A stretch of DNA of 5,920 nucleotides from Nitrososphaerota archaeon (GTDB lineage Archaea > Thermoproteota > Nitrososphaeria > Nitrososphaerales > UBA57). Location of the stretch: the NCBI GenBank assembly GCA_013378385.1, contig JACAFS010000055.1:1-5920 (forward strand). The letters are read 5' to 3'. Of this stretch, positions 5,560 to 5,920 are shown one piece after another. How positions within the stretch are numbered: position 1 is the stretch's first letter; each line of letters opens with the position of its first letter. A program made the position numbers and the translations under genes. The notes under the pieces are model-generated. The model saw only the letters and a program-made list of their open reading frames with translations, did no database searches and was not told the DNA's origin.

Positions 5560-5595
5560 TCTCTTAATCTTTAACTGAATTATTATAAAATAATT

Positions 5596-5920
5596 TTAAT
5601 ATGTTGTCTTTCTACTGCGTTTTTTGTATTGACTCTTTTTATTATCCTTATTTCCACTTCTAGTTTTTTCTGAACTATTTCTATTTTCTCCTGTAAAATA
5701 TCCTGATCTATTTTCTGAGCCTTCTCTATTTCCTGACGATCCTCCAGAACGGCCACCATATCCTCCAGAACGGTTTCCTCCGTAACGACTGCCTACAGAA
5801 CGGTTTCCTCCGTAACGACTGCCTCCAGAACGGCCACCATATCCTCCAGAACGATTGTTGTCTCCTCCAGAACGATTGTTGTCTCCTCCAGAACGGCCAC
5901 CATATCCTCCAGAACGATTG
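5596..5920 (-). CDS. 3' end of a CDS whose 5' end lies outside the window. It has a Gly/Arg/Ser-rich RGG-like repeat region and a basic disordered C-terminal tail. Possibly an RNA-binding protein or helicase tail, but the parent protein is unknown.
   Basis: The minus frame is open from 5919 down to TAA at 5596-5598 (107 codons). That stretch includes 47 codons of non-repetitive AT-rich sequence. Translation: NRSGG YGGRSGG DNNRSGG DNNRSGG YGGRSGG SRYGGNRSVG SRYGGNRSGG YGGRSGG SSGNREGSENRSGYFTGENRNSSEKTRSGNKDNKKSQYKKRSRKTTY*. The + strand frames that are open across the repeats are closed by stops at 5734-5736 and 5694-5696 and have no ATG/GTG/TTG start after them. Confidence 0.7.
   Translation of the reverse strand, partial: NRSGGYGGRSGGDNNRSGGDNNRSGGYGGRSGGSRYGGNRSVGSRYGGNRSGGYGGRSGGSSGNREGSENRSGYFTGENRNSSEKTRSGNKDNKKSQYKKRSRKTTY
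5741..5920. repeat. Modular in-frame tandem repeats sharing the 11-bp core CCTCCAGAACG. The unit order is A-B-B'-A-C-C-A-C(partial).
   Basis: Unit A is the 21-mer cctccagaacggccaccatat at 5741-5761, 5822-5842 and 5885-5905, all identical. Unit B is the 30-mer cctccagaacggtttcctccgtaacgactg at 5762-5791. B' at 5792-5821 has one mismatch at 5795 (Gly to Val). Unit C is the 21-mer cctccagaacgattgttgtct at 5843-5863 and 5864-5884, with a partial copy at 5906-5920. The array is cut by the window edge. Confidence 0.95.

Noticed and set aside
5578-5595. Perfect 7-bp inverted repeat AATTATT-ataa-AATAATT between the convergent ef1b and the RGG-tail gene, considered as a bidirectional terminator
   Set aside because: The stem is AT-only and thermodynamically weak. 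Such palindromes are common by chance in DNA this AT-rich. Archaeal termination mainly needs oligo-T, and only a T4 run is present here. It is left as unproven.
5737-5920. Plus-strand readings of the 3' repeat (SSRTATI... and LQNGHHI...), which are also open
   Set aside because: Both + frames are closed just upstream (TGA 5734-5736; TAA 5694-5696) and contain no ATG/GTG/TTG afterwards. Only the minus frame stays open through the flanking non-repetitive AT-rich 140 nt down to a stop.
1-5920. Search for a defence system, mobile element, toxin-antitoxin pair, biosynthetic cluster, tRNA/rRNA genes or GC-rich structured-RNA islands
   Set aside because: Every ORF of meaningful length has a housekeeping assignment. 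I saw no integrase, transposase or nuclease signatures, no terminal inverted repeats or att-like direct repeats flanking any segment, and no GC-rich islands outside Arg-rich coding sequence (for example 2240-2290 within eL15). I cannot support a claim of a novel multi-gene system here.

Overview
This window is a very AT-rich archaeal chromosome segment. By my coordinates only about 257 of 5920 nt are non-coding, so it is roughly 96% coding. The archaeal assignment rests on eL15, Pth2-type peptidyl-tRNA hydrolase, aEF-1beta and a geranylgeranyl-reductase-family flavoenzyme. A streamlined thaumarchaeon (Nitrosopumilales-like) is a low-confidence guess. Gene order: (1) the 3' end of a + strand CDS whose tail is a perfect 15-bp tandem array encoding (EETAV)n; (2) a Ygr210/YchF-like Obg-family GTPase with a TGS domain (-); (3) a HAD-IA hydrolase (+); (4) ribosomal protein eL15 (+), which starts at TTG 1 nt after the HAD stop and has a GGAGG Shine-Dalgarno inside the HAD gene; (5) an FNR-like FAD/NAD(P)-binding oxidoreductase (+); (6) Pth2 (-); (7) a GGR-family FAD oxidoreductase (+); (8) a 55-aa four-CxxC Zn-ribbon ORF that is absent from the supplied ORF track (+); (9) aEF-1beta (+), 2 nt downstream of the Zn-ribbon ORF; (10) the 3' end of a - strand CDS with a modular RSGG-core (RGG-like) repeat tail that runs off the right edge. 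I see no tRNA or rRNA genes, CRISPR array, transposase or integrase, toxin-antitoxin pair or recognisable defence genes. I cannot honestly claim a novel multi-gene system here. This is mostly a translation-linked housekeeping neighbourhood. The points worth a second look are: the two perfect in-frame repeat tails at the window edges; the unlisted Zn-ribbon micro-ORF; the HAD-eL15 translational coupling; single central TATA-like boxes in both divergent intergenic spacers; stop-to-stop abutting convergent genes; and a speculative FNR-like/GGR-like redox pairing.
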